A DNA stretch of 64,000 nt from positions 173,724,001-173,788,000 of the forward strand of contig NC_042998.1 in the NCBI RefSeq assembly GCF_006345805.1, given 5' to 3'. Below the pieces are notes generated by a model. That model had not been told where the DNA came from, searched no databases, and saw nothing but the letters and a program-made list of their open reading frames with translations. This document shows, piece after piece, positions 51,307-63,125 of this stretch. A program made the position numbers and the translations under genes. The stretch comes from Octopus sinensis (lineage: Eukaryota). Each line of letters opens with the position of its first letter. The stretch's first letter is position 1.

Positions 51307-52341
51307 TTTGGTGCTACGGACAGTTCAGGATTTATATATGGTCATAGAGGTTTGGAACTACGGTGGAAAAATTCACTTGAGGTGTGACCAGTCAGTTGGT
51401 CAGTAATTCTTCGTACAAGTATGATGGGGACTGAAATGAAACAGAATCAAAAGGGGGAATATGAACCGTTGCCAGAAAGAATAAAACAAATCGTAGCGTT
51501 TAAGCAGATTGGGGAAGAGCAAGACAAAAGGCCTCACTGTGGTCGAAGATGACTACGTAAGAAAAGAAGTATATCAAGAAAAAATATATTAGTTTTGTAA
51601 TCATATAGAATGTTTAATTTAATTCACAAATATGTACGAAAATTCTTAAGTAAACAATTAGTTAATGAATACAGAAACAATTATTATACAATTAAATCAA
51701 GTCTAATATTCTTATTTGCATTGTCATTTAAAAATTAAATCTCATTCTGTTCAAACACTTGAATATTTTCGAGAACAGCCAATTCTAGTAACTCTAGCCT
51801 AAACAAATAGCAGGCACGCCGGTTTCAATAATTAATAGATCTGCCACAACGTTGTCTAATTCTGGTGGACTCAGAATATTTATCGATGGACATTCTCCAT
51901 TAATGCAATGCCTGCATGACCAAGTCAACACTGGAATAACAATGATGTCTTTTAAACTTATACCCACAACTTCAAAAACTATAAGACATCTAACCAGGCT
52001 TCGTTAGCTATGTATACGTGGAAACTAAAATATACATCTCTCTACACACCGACTTGAGTTGAAAATCAGAATGAAATTAAAATTGCACTTATATGAAGAA
52101 CCATTCGGCCTCTAGGAATGCTCTTTCATAAGACTTTTCTTCTGGGAAAACATTCCGAATTTTTTTTATCATACATGCATCGAATTTTTAAGAAGTTAAA
52201 CACACAAGACCCTCAAATAGACTGATTTATTATAAAGATGACGGTTGACTTAAAAATATTCACAAGTTTTGGTTAAATTCACTTTCCTATTCTACCTACG
52301 TATATTTTCTCCTCCGACTGTATTTACAAATGTTTGCATTA

Positions 52342-52575
52342 CCTATTTCTTACTACCCACAAGGGGCTAAACACATAGGAGACAAACAAGGACATACAGA
52401 CGGATTAAGTCGATTATGTGGACCCCAGTGCGTAACTGGTACTTAATTTATCGACCCCGAAAGGATAAAAAGCAAAGTTGCCCTCAGCGGAATTTGAACT
52501 CAGAACGTAACGGCAGACAAAATACGGCTACACATTTCGCCCGGCGTGCTAAAGTTTCTGAGAGCTCGCCGCCTT
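52342..52575 (-). mobile_element. SINE B (full length)
   Basis: 14-bp TSD AAATGTTTGCATTA at 52328-52341 and 52576-52589. Confidence 0.9.
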
Positions 52576-53092
52576 AAATGTTTGCATTATCTTTTTATCA
52601 CTAATTCCTTACCTATGACAGCTTATTCTAATTCTCGTATCTACATATTATCTAACGTATATGCAAATTATACCATTTCCCATTTATTACTTCTTATTGT
52701 CCACGTAACCTTATAATCTGTTACTTTACTCTATAGCGGATATTGTTTGTTATATGAATATTCTTAAGGCCATTATTACCAGCATTTTCGTTTAACATTC
52801 ATTGCAAGTATTCTTCGACTACTCTTTATCCCTGATAATTATTAACAAAGGTGTTTTGTTCTGTTATTAATTAAGTTCAGCTAACGCTTACTTCATATTT
52901 GGGTCCCCAAGCACTAAAACAGTAAAAACACAAATTGCTTCATTAATAATAATGAGGACTGTAAGTAAAATTGCGTTTTGGAGAGAAATATTCTTAGAAA
53001 ATTTAATGAAACCCCCTTCAACTATGCATTATATCCTTTGACCTGAAACGTTTTCTTTCCGTGGTCTTAATTGAAAATACTCAAGAAACACA

Positions 53093-53139
<47 letters not shown>

Positions 53140-55089
53140 CCATATATCTTTACATAAATACACAGATATATATTGGTGTATCAGTTTATAAATATTTTGA
53201 ATGCATAAATGCATAAATACGGAAGTGCATTAATATACCAAATATAAAAATATATAAATACGGAATGACTTTTTAATGACTGTTAAATCAGAGTATTTAA
53301 CATATAAAGAATTTTAAAATGCGAAAATTATTTTTAAATAATTAGAAAATTTATTGAGGATATTAAGACTTCTTTTTAAAAGAACAGAAAAATTTCATTA
53401 ATGCAAAAATGTATAATTAATATTAAATTATCACATTTGTATATTAATTAATGGACAATGGTTGTGTAATTTCAAATATTAAGTAAAACAGTTAAAGTCA
53501 TAGAAACATGGTAATGCTTAAAAATAGTAACATATGTAACATAAGACTATAAAATGAAAGTCTACCAGCGTAGTTCTGTGGTATGAAATGTGCTTCCGAC
53601 CCACATAGTGCAGAGTTCAGTCCAATTTCGTAAGGCTTCAATTAATATTACTAGAACCACTGCACAAATTCAAGTTAAGGTGCAGGAGTCTTAATATAAG
53701 ACCAGCAGAATGTATAATAAAATGATTAAAAGGAGGAAGGGAGAAGTCAAATGGACATTGCAAATATTTCCATAAACGGACGATTTCATTAATTACACAC
53801 AATATTATGCAATTCCTACAATGTTATGTATTACATGCCACAATATATGGAAATGAGTTATAATAATCCTATAGCCCATTCGCTTCCTCAGATCTCATGA
53901 TTTGAAGACACGATCGACTATATTGAAATCTTGTATGAGTTCATTTGGGCGTATTTACAATGTGCAGATAGAACATTTAAAGCTTGAGCGTAACAGCTGA
54001 AGACACCTGTTCAAGATTTCACAAAGTGGGACTGAATCTGGTACCATGTGGTTGAGAAGCAAACTCCTTACGACACAACCATATATATATATATATATAT
54101 ATATATGCGTCTGCGTGTGTGTGTGTGTGTTAAGTAAAATGAAACAACGAAACCAAGGCAGTGTGAAATTTCTAGGACATTTTATAAAGAGAAAGGTAAT
54201 CTTACAGCTGTTTCAGGGATATAAAGTATATCCCAGCAACAGAGACGATATGAGCGCGTTAAATAGAAGAAAATAGTTGAGATCAATATAAGAAATTATT
54301 TTGGAAAGTGAGAGATATAGGACGTATAAAGGGAAATATAAAAGTAAAAATAAAAAATATCTGTTGGTTGTTAAACTTGTAGTTTCATTATCCAAAGAAT
54401 GTGTAAAGCGGTTTCTTGTCCATGGTATGTAATGTCTGACAGTAGTTCATATTTTGTCATTACAAATGGATATTTTGCAGGTATCAATTCCATGTGGTGT
54501 TCATTGAACGGGATCTTGTATATGAAATTTTGAGAATAGAATAGATAAGTATGTTAGGAGAGAGAAAAAGATATTGGTCAAAAGGATTGGGGGAGGAAAG
54601 AGGAAAGAAAGAAAGAAAGAGGTAGAGAAAATGACAATGAGTGCTTGATGGTGGCCAAGATATTGTGAGAGGATGGGGGAGGAGAGCTATGTGTAGATAA
54701 AAAGAATAGAAGGAAGAGATAAGAATGTAAGGAAGGAATATTTGTGAGAAGTGAGAGATGAGGTAGTATGTTTCAAAGGCACTAAGGTGGAGGGATAGAT
54801 AAAGAATGCGATACGGAGAAGAGTCTTAAAAGTGAGTAGTAAACCTCAAAAAGAAGAGAAGAATAAGAAAATATAATGGACAAGTTTCTAAAAATAGGCG
54901 TAGGCACTTGTATGAGGTCAGAGGCTGTACTATCTAAAGTGATAGTGGGAAATGATAAATCAGTGAGAGAAAGAAGAATATACATATCTAAGATAAACTT
55001 ACTTGGAAATGGATGCGTTGTGTTCGATCATATAATAATATAAATTATATATATATGCATATATAAATGCATATATGTACATACCTACA

Positions 55090-55470
55090 TATACTTATAT
55101 ATATATATGCATATATGGGTACAGAACGTTACAAAATGTAAACAACATGAAATATGAAAACGATATGTAATACGAAATACGAAAACAACATGAAATACGA
55201 AGACAAACTTTCGTATGCGAACAACGAGAGAAATAAATGGAAAACAAGACAAGTAACATAAAAACTCGACCCTTCCTCGGTTGTCGGTTGTCCATCTACT
55301 CCTCATTTCGAGTAATTAACAACAATATGAGGCATCGAAAAGGCAGTTGCTCCCGCAAACCAAAATAAAATTTGGAATTTCCGGAGGGTCAAAGTTGGTA
55401 AGAAAAACAGGGGAGTGGAGACATACAACAAACCAAATGAAAAGAATCAAGGAGTGTCGTTAGATGAGGC
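55090..55470 (-). repeat. Penelope-tail-like repeat; inverted partner at 57290-57640 and partial copy at 55490-55600
   Basis: Shared GCAACTGC.TTTCG...CTCGAAATGAGGAGTAGATGGACA...GTTTTCGTATTTCGTATT. Confidence 0.7.
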
Positions 55471-55620
55471 GAGCTAAGGTAGCGAGCGCTTTTCTTGTTG
55501 TTTTAGTATTTCGTATTTCATGTTTTTGTGACGTCCTGTACCCATATATGCATATACATTTATACCTATACGTATTTATGTATTTATGTACATATCTCTA
55601 TGTATACAGACATAAATATT

Positions 55621-56940
55621 TTTTATTTTATTTTTTATTTTATCTAGTTTCAGCTCGCGAGCTGTGGCCATGCTGGGGCACCGCCATTTGGTGTTGCTAC
55701 ATAATTTTACTTCACGAATGCTTTTTAGGAATTGACATTTGGTGCATGAGAGAATTTGATGCAGCTGCCCTCATATGCACCTCCTGCCGCGAAGTTGGTT
55801 CATCTGTGACACTTGACAAGAAGATCCAGCTTTAGTTTGAAGACACCTACATCCACCCCAGGCAGGTCTCTCAGGTTCTTCTGAAGGATATTGAAGATCA
55901 GTGGGCCTCTGAAGCCCAGGCTATTGCAGTATCTTGTCCTACATCTTGTGGCAAATTTGGAATCCTTGGCACAATACAGTGGCGCCCAGTTCTAGTATTT
56001 GTGTAACTCTCCATGCCAAAGTTTGGGACAATTCCTTCCAGGATCATCCAGATCTATATTATGGCATAACTTTCTCGCCTACTCTAAGGAATAGAGTCTT
56101 AATCTCTTGAGTCTTTCCCAATGCCGCATAGAGGCTATCTACATCGTGTAGCTTCGTTGGATTACCTCAAATTCTGAGATTAATTTGACGCTGGTTGGTG
56201 ACCATAGCTGAGAGCAATAGTGTAAGTGGCTTAGGACAAGTGTTCTCTAGAGGACCATCATGGTTTCCTGATCTCTTGTTCTAAGAGTTCTAAGGATCCA
56301 TCAGGTCAGCCGCCTGCATTTCATTGCTAATTTAGCAACATGCACATGAAAGGATGCACATTACTATGAAAATGCCCAGGTCTCGCACTGACTGTGCCTC
56401 TGGGATTGCAATTCCTCCAGGTCCAGTGTATTTAATGGGTATTGCACTTAGTTTTGCATGCTGATAGCACAAGGCTTAAAACTTTTCAGCATTAAACTGC
56501 ATGCTATTCTTTTCAGCCCACTTGTATATTTCATCCAGCTCACATTGCAGGTGCATAGTGTCTTCAGTGTTCTGTATTACCTGTGAGACTTTTGTATCAT
56601 CTGCATAACTTGTGATCGTGGTTCTCTGTGTGGCTAAGGGCATGTCTGAGAGGGCCATTATGTGGTCCCAAAACAGTGGCTTGCATTTTAGTGATCCCAA
56701 AAGAGTGCCTTGCTGAACACCGCTCACTATTTGCGTGTCATTGGAGGTGGTCCCATTGGCTACTACCACCTGATTTCTATCCTTCAGAAAGTCATGAAGT
56801 CATTCTCCCAATTTTCCAACTATGCCGAGATCACGCTGTTTGGGATATATCATTCCATGGTCGACTTTATCAAAAGCCTTTGCAAAGTCGGGATATATCA
56901 CTTCCAAATTTGAATGGTTGAGCAGCTCTTTCAGCACTAA
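55621..56940 (-). mobile_element. 5'-truncated CR1-group LINE (RT domain to 3' tail)
   Basis: DFAKAFDKVDHG, SGVQQGTLLG, SYADDTK, WAEKNSMQFNAEKF; tail GGCGGTGCCCCAGCATGGCCACAGCTCGCGAGCTGAAACTAGATAAAA. Confidence 0.9.
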
Positions 56941-57289
56941 CGCCACGCATCTATTTCCAAGTAAGTATACCTTAATCATTTTGATGCGACACTATCCTGT
57001 ACCGTTCTCTCTCTACTCCCCCTTTCGTTTTATCCTTTCTCTAATTCTTTTCCTCCCCTTCACCGTTTACTATCTCTCTCCCCTTTGCTCTCCCTCTCTC
57101 TCCTTTACTCTCTCTCTCTCCCTCGTTGCTCACACTTGACCATTGTCCATATTTGTTTCCTCTTGTGATCATCTTTCTTTTCTTTCAGTCTGTCTTACAG
57201 ACCGGGAGACATTCTTACCTGTCTCCTCTTCTATCTTTTCCCTTGTCAAAGACAATATTTCACCCTTCAAGCGTTCACTACCTTGCCAC

Positions 57290-57627
57290 ACGTGGCCTAA
57301 CGGCCCTCCTGTTTCTTTTTATTTGGTTTGTTGTATGTTTCCACTGTCCTGTTTTTCTTACAAACTTTGACCCTCCGCAAATCCAAAATTCTATTTTGGT
57401 TCGCGGAAGCAACTGCTTTTCGTAGCTTCATATTGTCGCATAATGCTCGAAATGAGGAGTAGATGGACAGCCGACAAATGATGAAGGGTCGTGTTTTATG
57501 TTATTTGTCTTGTTTTACATTTGTTTCTCTTGTTGTTTGCATACAAGAGTTTATCTTCATATGTCATGTTGTTTTCGTATTTCGTATTTCATGTTGTTTA
57601 CGTTTTGTGACGACCTGTCCCCATATA

Positions 57628-57640
<13 letters not shown>
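57290..57640 (+). repeat. Inverted partner of 55090-55470
   Basis: Reverse-complement match to 55090-55470 over the shared blocks listed there. Confidence 0.7.
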
Positions 57641-57685
<45 letters not shown>

Positions 57686-58097
57686 TATTTAGGTATCTAT
57701 ATATGCACATATATATTATTTTTATTTATATCATTACATATATATATGTATATATACTAGCATAGATAACCGACGTTGCCCGTGTTACATACAATTGAAG
57801 AATTAGACTTTTCTGTTATATTTTCTCTAATGAACTGGAATAGCTATGTTTCGAATTTCATAAAAATTGCAGATCAGTGTTACTTCCCTCTTTACACGTC
57901 AAGATGTTGCCTCAGCATGGCCGCGGTCTGATAAAGTGAAACAAGTAAAAGACGAAAAGAACATATACACACAATCTAAGTTTTTCTTAGGCATGACAAT
58001 ACTAATGACCAGTTGTTTGAATTCAGTATCCGCTGACTACAGAGCGTTATGTTACTTATTGAAGGACAGGGAAGAGGAACTACGTTATATATATATA

Positions 58098-58155
<58 letters not shown>

Positions 58156-58304
58156 GTGTGTGTGTGTGTGTGTGTTTATGTACATACACACACTCACACG
58201 TCAAGGTCACCAGCCCTCTTCCACACGTACATATATACTCTTATACACACGCACTTTATTATTTCCCCTTCTTCCTAGCTCTCTTGTGTTACCCTTTTGT
58301 CCGG

Positions 58305-58494
58305 CATTCGCCAAGATAGATCGCTAGCCACTACACATTCTTTACTTTCTCTCCTTGTTTCTTTCTGTGTTCCTTTGTGCGGAAGAGCACAGACTCGAAA
58401 CGTTAAAGACTTTTTGACTTCCCGAGCGTTATACTAATACATCTGTTTGTTGTTTACACCACCTATCTTCGTCTTTTGTTTTTTTATGAATTCT

Positions 58495-58497
<3 letters not shown>
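58305..58497 (+). mobile_element. Second copy of the 31005-31210 repeat
   Basis: Alignable by eye across its length. Confidence 0.6.
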
Positions 58498-58549
<52 letters not shown>

Positions 58550-58696
58550 GTGAAGTAGAAAGATGAATAATCTTGTTGCAGATTAATCAAAAGTTTAACC
58601 GATACCTTGGTAGCAAAAATCACAGCAGAAGACAGCACGGTTGGAGGTACAACCATATGGTGTTGCAACCGTGCGTTGGTTTGGATAATTGAATTT

Positions 58697-59856
58697 TAAT
58701 ATTATTAGTGAATTGAAGAAATGGAGTTGAACGAAGATTGAACAGAAATCGTTTTATTGCATTCTACACGTGTTTCGAAAGCCACAATTTACCAAATTCC
58801 GATTGAATAATGAGACCATATTGTGTCTTTCTCTTCAGGAAGAAATAGGAAATCCGTTGGAAAAAACAAAAACAGAACAGAGGCGGAGCAAAACAAATCG
58901 AACTAGGCTCCTAAGAGCCCATGGCCAAACTGTTTATCAGTGTATGTTGAAAACGGGTGGTGGGTGCGTTGAAGATTTTAACGGGTCAGGCAGCGGTCAT
59001 TCCGGTGGGTGAGGGCACGGGGTGTGTAGATGTTCTTTGTGACCGAGAGTAAAGTTCTGACTATTTAAAGAATATTAGATGTATTATATGGGGCGGGACA
59101 AAATCTACTTAGAGACATGTGTGTGTTTACTGTTCTATATATGTGTGCGGGCGCAAGTTGGTAAGAAGCGCTACATTCCGGTCACTGCTGAGAAATCCGT
59201 CAAGGGGTAGAAAACATTTTATGTGTACGTGTGTGTGTTTGATCGCGCGGCTGTCAGTTGGTAAACAGCTCTACACAATGGTCACTGCTGTAAAATCCGT
59301 CGGGCGGCAGAAAAATATTTTATGTGTGCGTGTGTTCGTCTAATCATGCCTTGTCAAAGAAACGCCCCCGTCGTCAAAAACAAAGCCCCATTCATCTCAC
59401 AGGAGTAATTCCCCTTGCAATGGTTAATCATATTTCACTTAAAGGCTTTTTCTGAATTTATTACCAAGGGCTATTTTCATATAAGTAGTGTAACCGGGTG
59501 CAGGTATTATTTATAAGCGTTATTTATAAGCAAGATAAGTATAACGCCGCCAATGGGGGCATCGAAAAGCCGACTGTAAAAGTCCGTTTACCATCCGGTC
59601 TCTGGCGAACAATATATGGAAGAGTTCGGAGACACAAAGGTTGCACTTCCTCCTGCCCCTATCAAATGGGAGGGCCAATCTCTCTAAGATTTTGTTTTTT
59701 CCAACGGATTTCCTATTTCTTCCTGAAGAGAAAGACACAATATGGTCTCATTATTCAATCGGAATTTGGTAAATTGTGCCTTTCGAAACACGTGTAGAAT
59801 GAAATGAAACGATTTCTGTTCAATCTTCGTTCAACTCCATTTCTTCAATTCACTAA

Positions 59857-59864
<8 letters not shown>
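58697..59864. mobile_element. Non-autonomous long-TIR element (~170-bp TIRs, internal ~105-bp tandem duplication 59130-59340)
   Basis: TAATATTATTAGTGAATTGAAGAAATGGAGTTGAACG... matched by its reverse complement at 59690-59864. Confidence 0.85.
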
Positions 59865-59913
<49 letters not shown>

Positions 59914-59941
59914 GTGTGTGTGTGTATGTATACATATATAC

Positions 59942-59988
<47 letters not shown>

Positions 59989-60245
59989 TGTGCGTGTGCG
60001 TATGTGCGTATAAAAATATGGATGTATAGTAGGTGAGCGCAAATAATCTTCAGCTGACACACACGAAAACCTTACGTACAATCACGTACGCATTCACATC
60101 ACGCACATACACACATATTCACACACACGCGCGCACACTGTCTTTCCCCCTTTTCACTCCTTCTTTCTCTCTCTTCCTCTTTCCCTTTCTCTCTCTCCTC
60201 TCTCTCTCTCTTTCTCCTTCCTTCTCACATACATTCTACACACAG

Positions 60246-60442
60246 ATTTCACACCAAAAATCTTGCAGACGATACACACAGCCGCCAGAGTAACTTTGCG
60301 GTGTGATGACAATAGCATAATTGACAACTTTGGAAATCCAAGCAAAAGTATGAATACAGAAGCAACAATAAAAACACGGGTAAAGCTTCCTCCTCTTCAA
60401 CAACAACAACAACAACAACGACTTGCAGGTCAACAGTATTAA
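60246..60442 (+). CDS. Candidate host terminal exon (FTPKILQTIHTAARVTLRCDDNSIIDNFGNPSKSMNTEATIKTRVKLPPLQQQQQQQRLAGQQY*)
   Basis: Long CT tract plus CAG acceptor, 65 open codons, CAA repeat in frame as poly-Q; an alternative donor CGG|gtaaag lies at 60379. Confidence 0.45.
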
Positions 60443-61180
60443 ATACAATAACAATGCCCCCAAAATATATAGAATTTTTCTTTTTTGCATAGATATAGGA
60501 AACTTGAGTCATCTGCTCATAGGTTTTTTTTTCTTGTCTCCCAATCTATTTATGTATGTGTGTGAATACAGTACATTTGCTTGTATATGTATGCATATGC
60601 TTCTAGATGGAAACATCTACACCTGCGTGATTTTATGTGTGTGTATACGTACATACTTAGACGCACATATGCGCTGTTTATATCTGTATACACAATAATG
60701 TGTATATATATATATATATACATGTGTGTGTGTATGTGTGTGTGTGTGTGCATTTATGTATTTATATGTGACTACTCTGTAAGAATTTCCTAGAACGGTA
60801 TACACACATACACACATACTGATAATAGATATTTAACACATTGCCTACCATGAGCTCCATTTGGGTATCTGCTAAAAACAGTATCACTGCCGGTTGTTCG
60901 TTGTGCTTAAAGTGAATTGCTTATGTACATTGCATTTGCAGAGGTGTGTTTAATAATATTTAGTAGTTAAAGTTTGTCATTTTTAGCTCTAGCTAATTCT
61001 AGAGGACATTTTATGTCATAAATCGCAATTTTTGAACTACAAAAATATTGACTGCTTTGAAAATATTTTTCCTTTTTCTTTTGGCATTCATTGATTTTTC
61101 ATACTCATTCGCATTCGATACTATAGTTTTAAAAAAACTAAAATGTTTAATATTTCAGTTGAATAGAAAAGGATAAATAT

Positions 61181-61525
61181 GCTTACGAACCACATGGTTC
61201 CGGGTTCAGTCCCACTGCGTGGCACCTTGGGAAAGTGTCTTCTATTATAGCCTCGGGCCGACCGAAGCCTTGTGAGTGGATTTGGTTGACGGAAACTGAA
61301 AGAAGCCCGTCGTATATATGTATATATATATATATGTATGCTTATGTTATGTTTGCCCCCCCCCCCCATCGCTTGACAACCGATGCTGGTGTGTTTACGT
61401 CCCCGTAACTTAGTGGTTCGGCAAAAGAGACCGATAGAATAAGTACTAGGCTTACAAAGAATAAGTCCTGGGGTCATTTCCTCAACTAAAGGGCGGTGCT
61501 CCAGCATGACTGAAACAAGTAGATG
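61181..61525 (+). mobile_element. SINE A lacking its first ~30 nt
   Basis: Matches the 33031 copy from GCTTAC.AACCAC onward. Confidence 0.9.
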
Positions 61526-61705
61526 AGAATGAGTATGCTTTTTTTTTTCAGCTATCCCCATTTGGGACTTTTTGAAAAAATTATAAGTTTCAAAATTATC
61601 CACATATGAAGAAAATTTAAATATATATATCATTTTAACTTTTAAGACATCTGGCAAAGCCAAAAAAAATATGAATAAAATAACTTCGCAGTTAATGGGT
61701 TAAAC

Positions 61706-62476
61706 CAGTGCTACTCAAAGTGGTGGCCCACGAGCCATCAGCTGCCTGTACGTAGCGAGTTTCCAGAAAAGAAAGAAACTTAACATGATTACAAAATGCT
61801 TATAAAATAAATAAAAGATAAAACAAAATTGTCAACCTCTATTATATTCATTACTAGCAGTATCGCCCGGCGTTGCTCGGGTTTGTAAGGGAAATAACTA
61901 TATAAGCATTTTTAGAGAGTTACTTCCCTTATAGATGCCAATTCGGGCTTTCTTAGCCAGTTCTGTTTTGGTGTCTTCAAGCCATGAAGTTGTTCTAAAA
62001 GAACGCTGGTCTCCTTGACAACGCTTTACGACGTTGATTTCCTTACACTCCCTTCCCCACAGCTTCACGAGGGAGGGAAGAAGGGGGAGAAGCAAACAGG
62101 TGCAGGTGTGACCATGGACGCCAACTCCGCCGCCATCGACACACGAAAAATTATGCATTAAAATGGAATAAAAAATGATGTTAAATTATTTTTTAAATCG
62201 TAGACTCATCGTAGACGCGCGCTAATACTCAGACGGGCTCGATATGAATCACGACTATAAGATACGCGAATTTGGTTAAACTGCACCGCAAAATATGGGA
62301 GTAGTTAGGAATCTAAATCGAAGGGGACAAACACTCACACAACTACAGTTTTATATATATATGGATATACATTGTCTCCGGTATAAGTTAATATTACTAA
62401 GAAATATTACTGGTCCCTGGCACATTGGAGAAAAGAAACTGCCGGTGCCCCACATCAGATTGTTTGAGAAGCACTG
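61706..62476. mobile_element. hAT (Charlie-like) MITE interrupted by a Helitron
   Basis: TIRs CAGTGCTACTCAAA / TTTGAGAAGCACTG; 8-bp TSD GGTTAAAC at 61698-61705 and 62477-62484. Confidence 0.9.
61854..62365 (-). mobile_element. Complete non-autonomous Helitron
   Basis: Minus strand A|TC ... CCCGAGCAACGCCGGG hairpin ... CTAG|T, with no TSD. Confidence 0.9.
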
Positions 62477-62519
62477 GGTTAAACTACTATTCTGCTGATA
62501 CTATTTCTCTCTCTATTTG

Positions 62520-62709
62520 AATCTTCCAAACCAGAGTGGTTCCTATCATCTTTTATCTCTTACATCCCCTCCCTCAAACACTGTTTTATCTGGGCTTACT
62601 CTTCTGCAGTTCTCTTTCACTCTCACACATCCTTCTTTCTTATCTAGCTTTTCTTCCAGTCTCACTCTCTCTCTCTCTTTCTCTCTCTCTCACTCTCTCT
62701 CTTTCTCTC

Positions 62710-62751
<42 letters not shown>

Positions 62752-63125
62752 TCCCTCGTACTCTTTCTTTTATTTTCCTACTTTCAGTCACACTTTTCTA
62801 TCGCTCTTGTGACACAGCGATTTTCCCTTCGTTTTTATCAATCTCTCTGTCTCTCTGTTTCTGTCTCTGTCTGTCTGTCTGTCTCCTTCTCTGTCTGTCT
62901 CTCTGTCTGTCCCTCTGTCTGTCTCCTTCTCTCACTCTCTCTCTCTCTCTCTCTCTGTTTCTATTTCTGTCTCTGACTTTGTCTGTCTGTAATCTACGCA
63001 TTTCTGCCTATGTTCATTCACTTATCTCGAACTGCGCCTCTTGGTTTCGTTTTAGTTTTGTGTCTCTAAAACTTTACTCTCCTTCTTTCTCACTCACAAA
63101 CTCTCTTTATCTATCTATCTATCTA
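62520..63125. repeat. CT-rich low-complexity tract ending in (CTAT)n
   Basis: Seen directly. Confidence 0.9.

Noticed and set aside
61160-61200. SINE A starting near the targeted site, as a possible third insertion
   Set aside because: The upstream sequence lacks the ATGAAATA end and 3' UTR blocks, and no displaced head or TSD was found. Simple truncation is more likely.
61121-61663. 180-aa ORF and similar ORFs at 10732, 24331, 32918 and 39321
   Set aside because: They are read-throughs of SINE A sequence with no coding signature.
879-62976. Dozens of ORF-track entries rich in YI/CV/HT/LS dipeptides
   Set aside because: They are translations of (TA)n, (TG)n, (TACA)n and (CT)n microsatellites, not genes.
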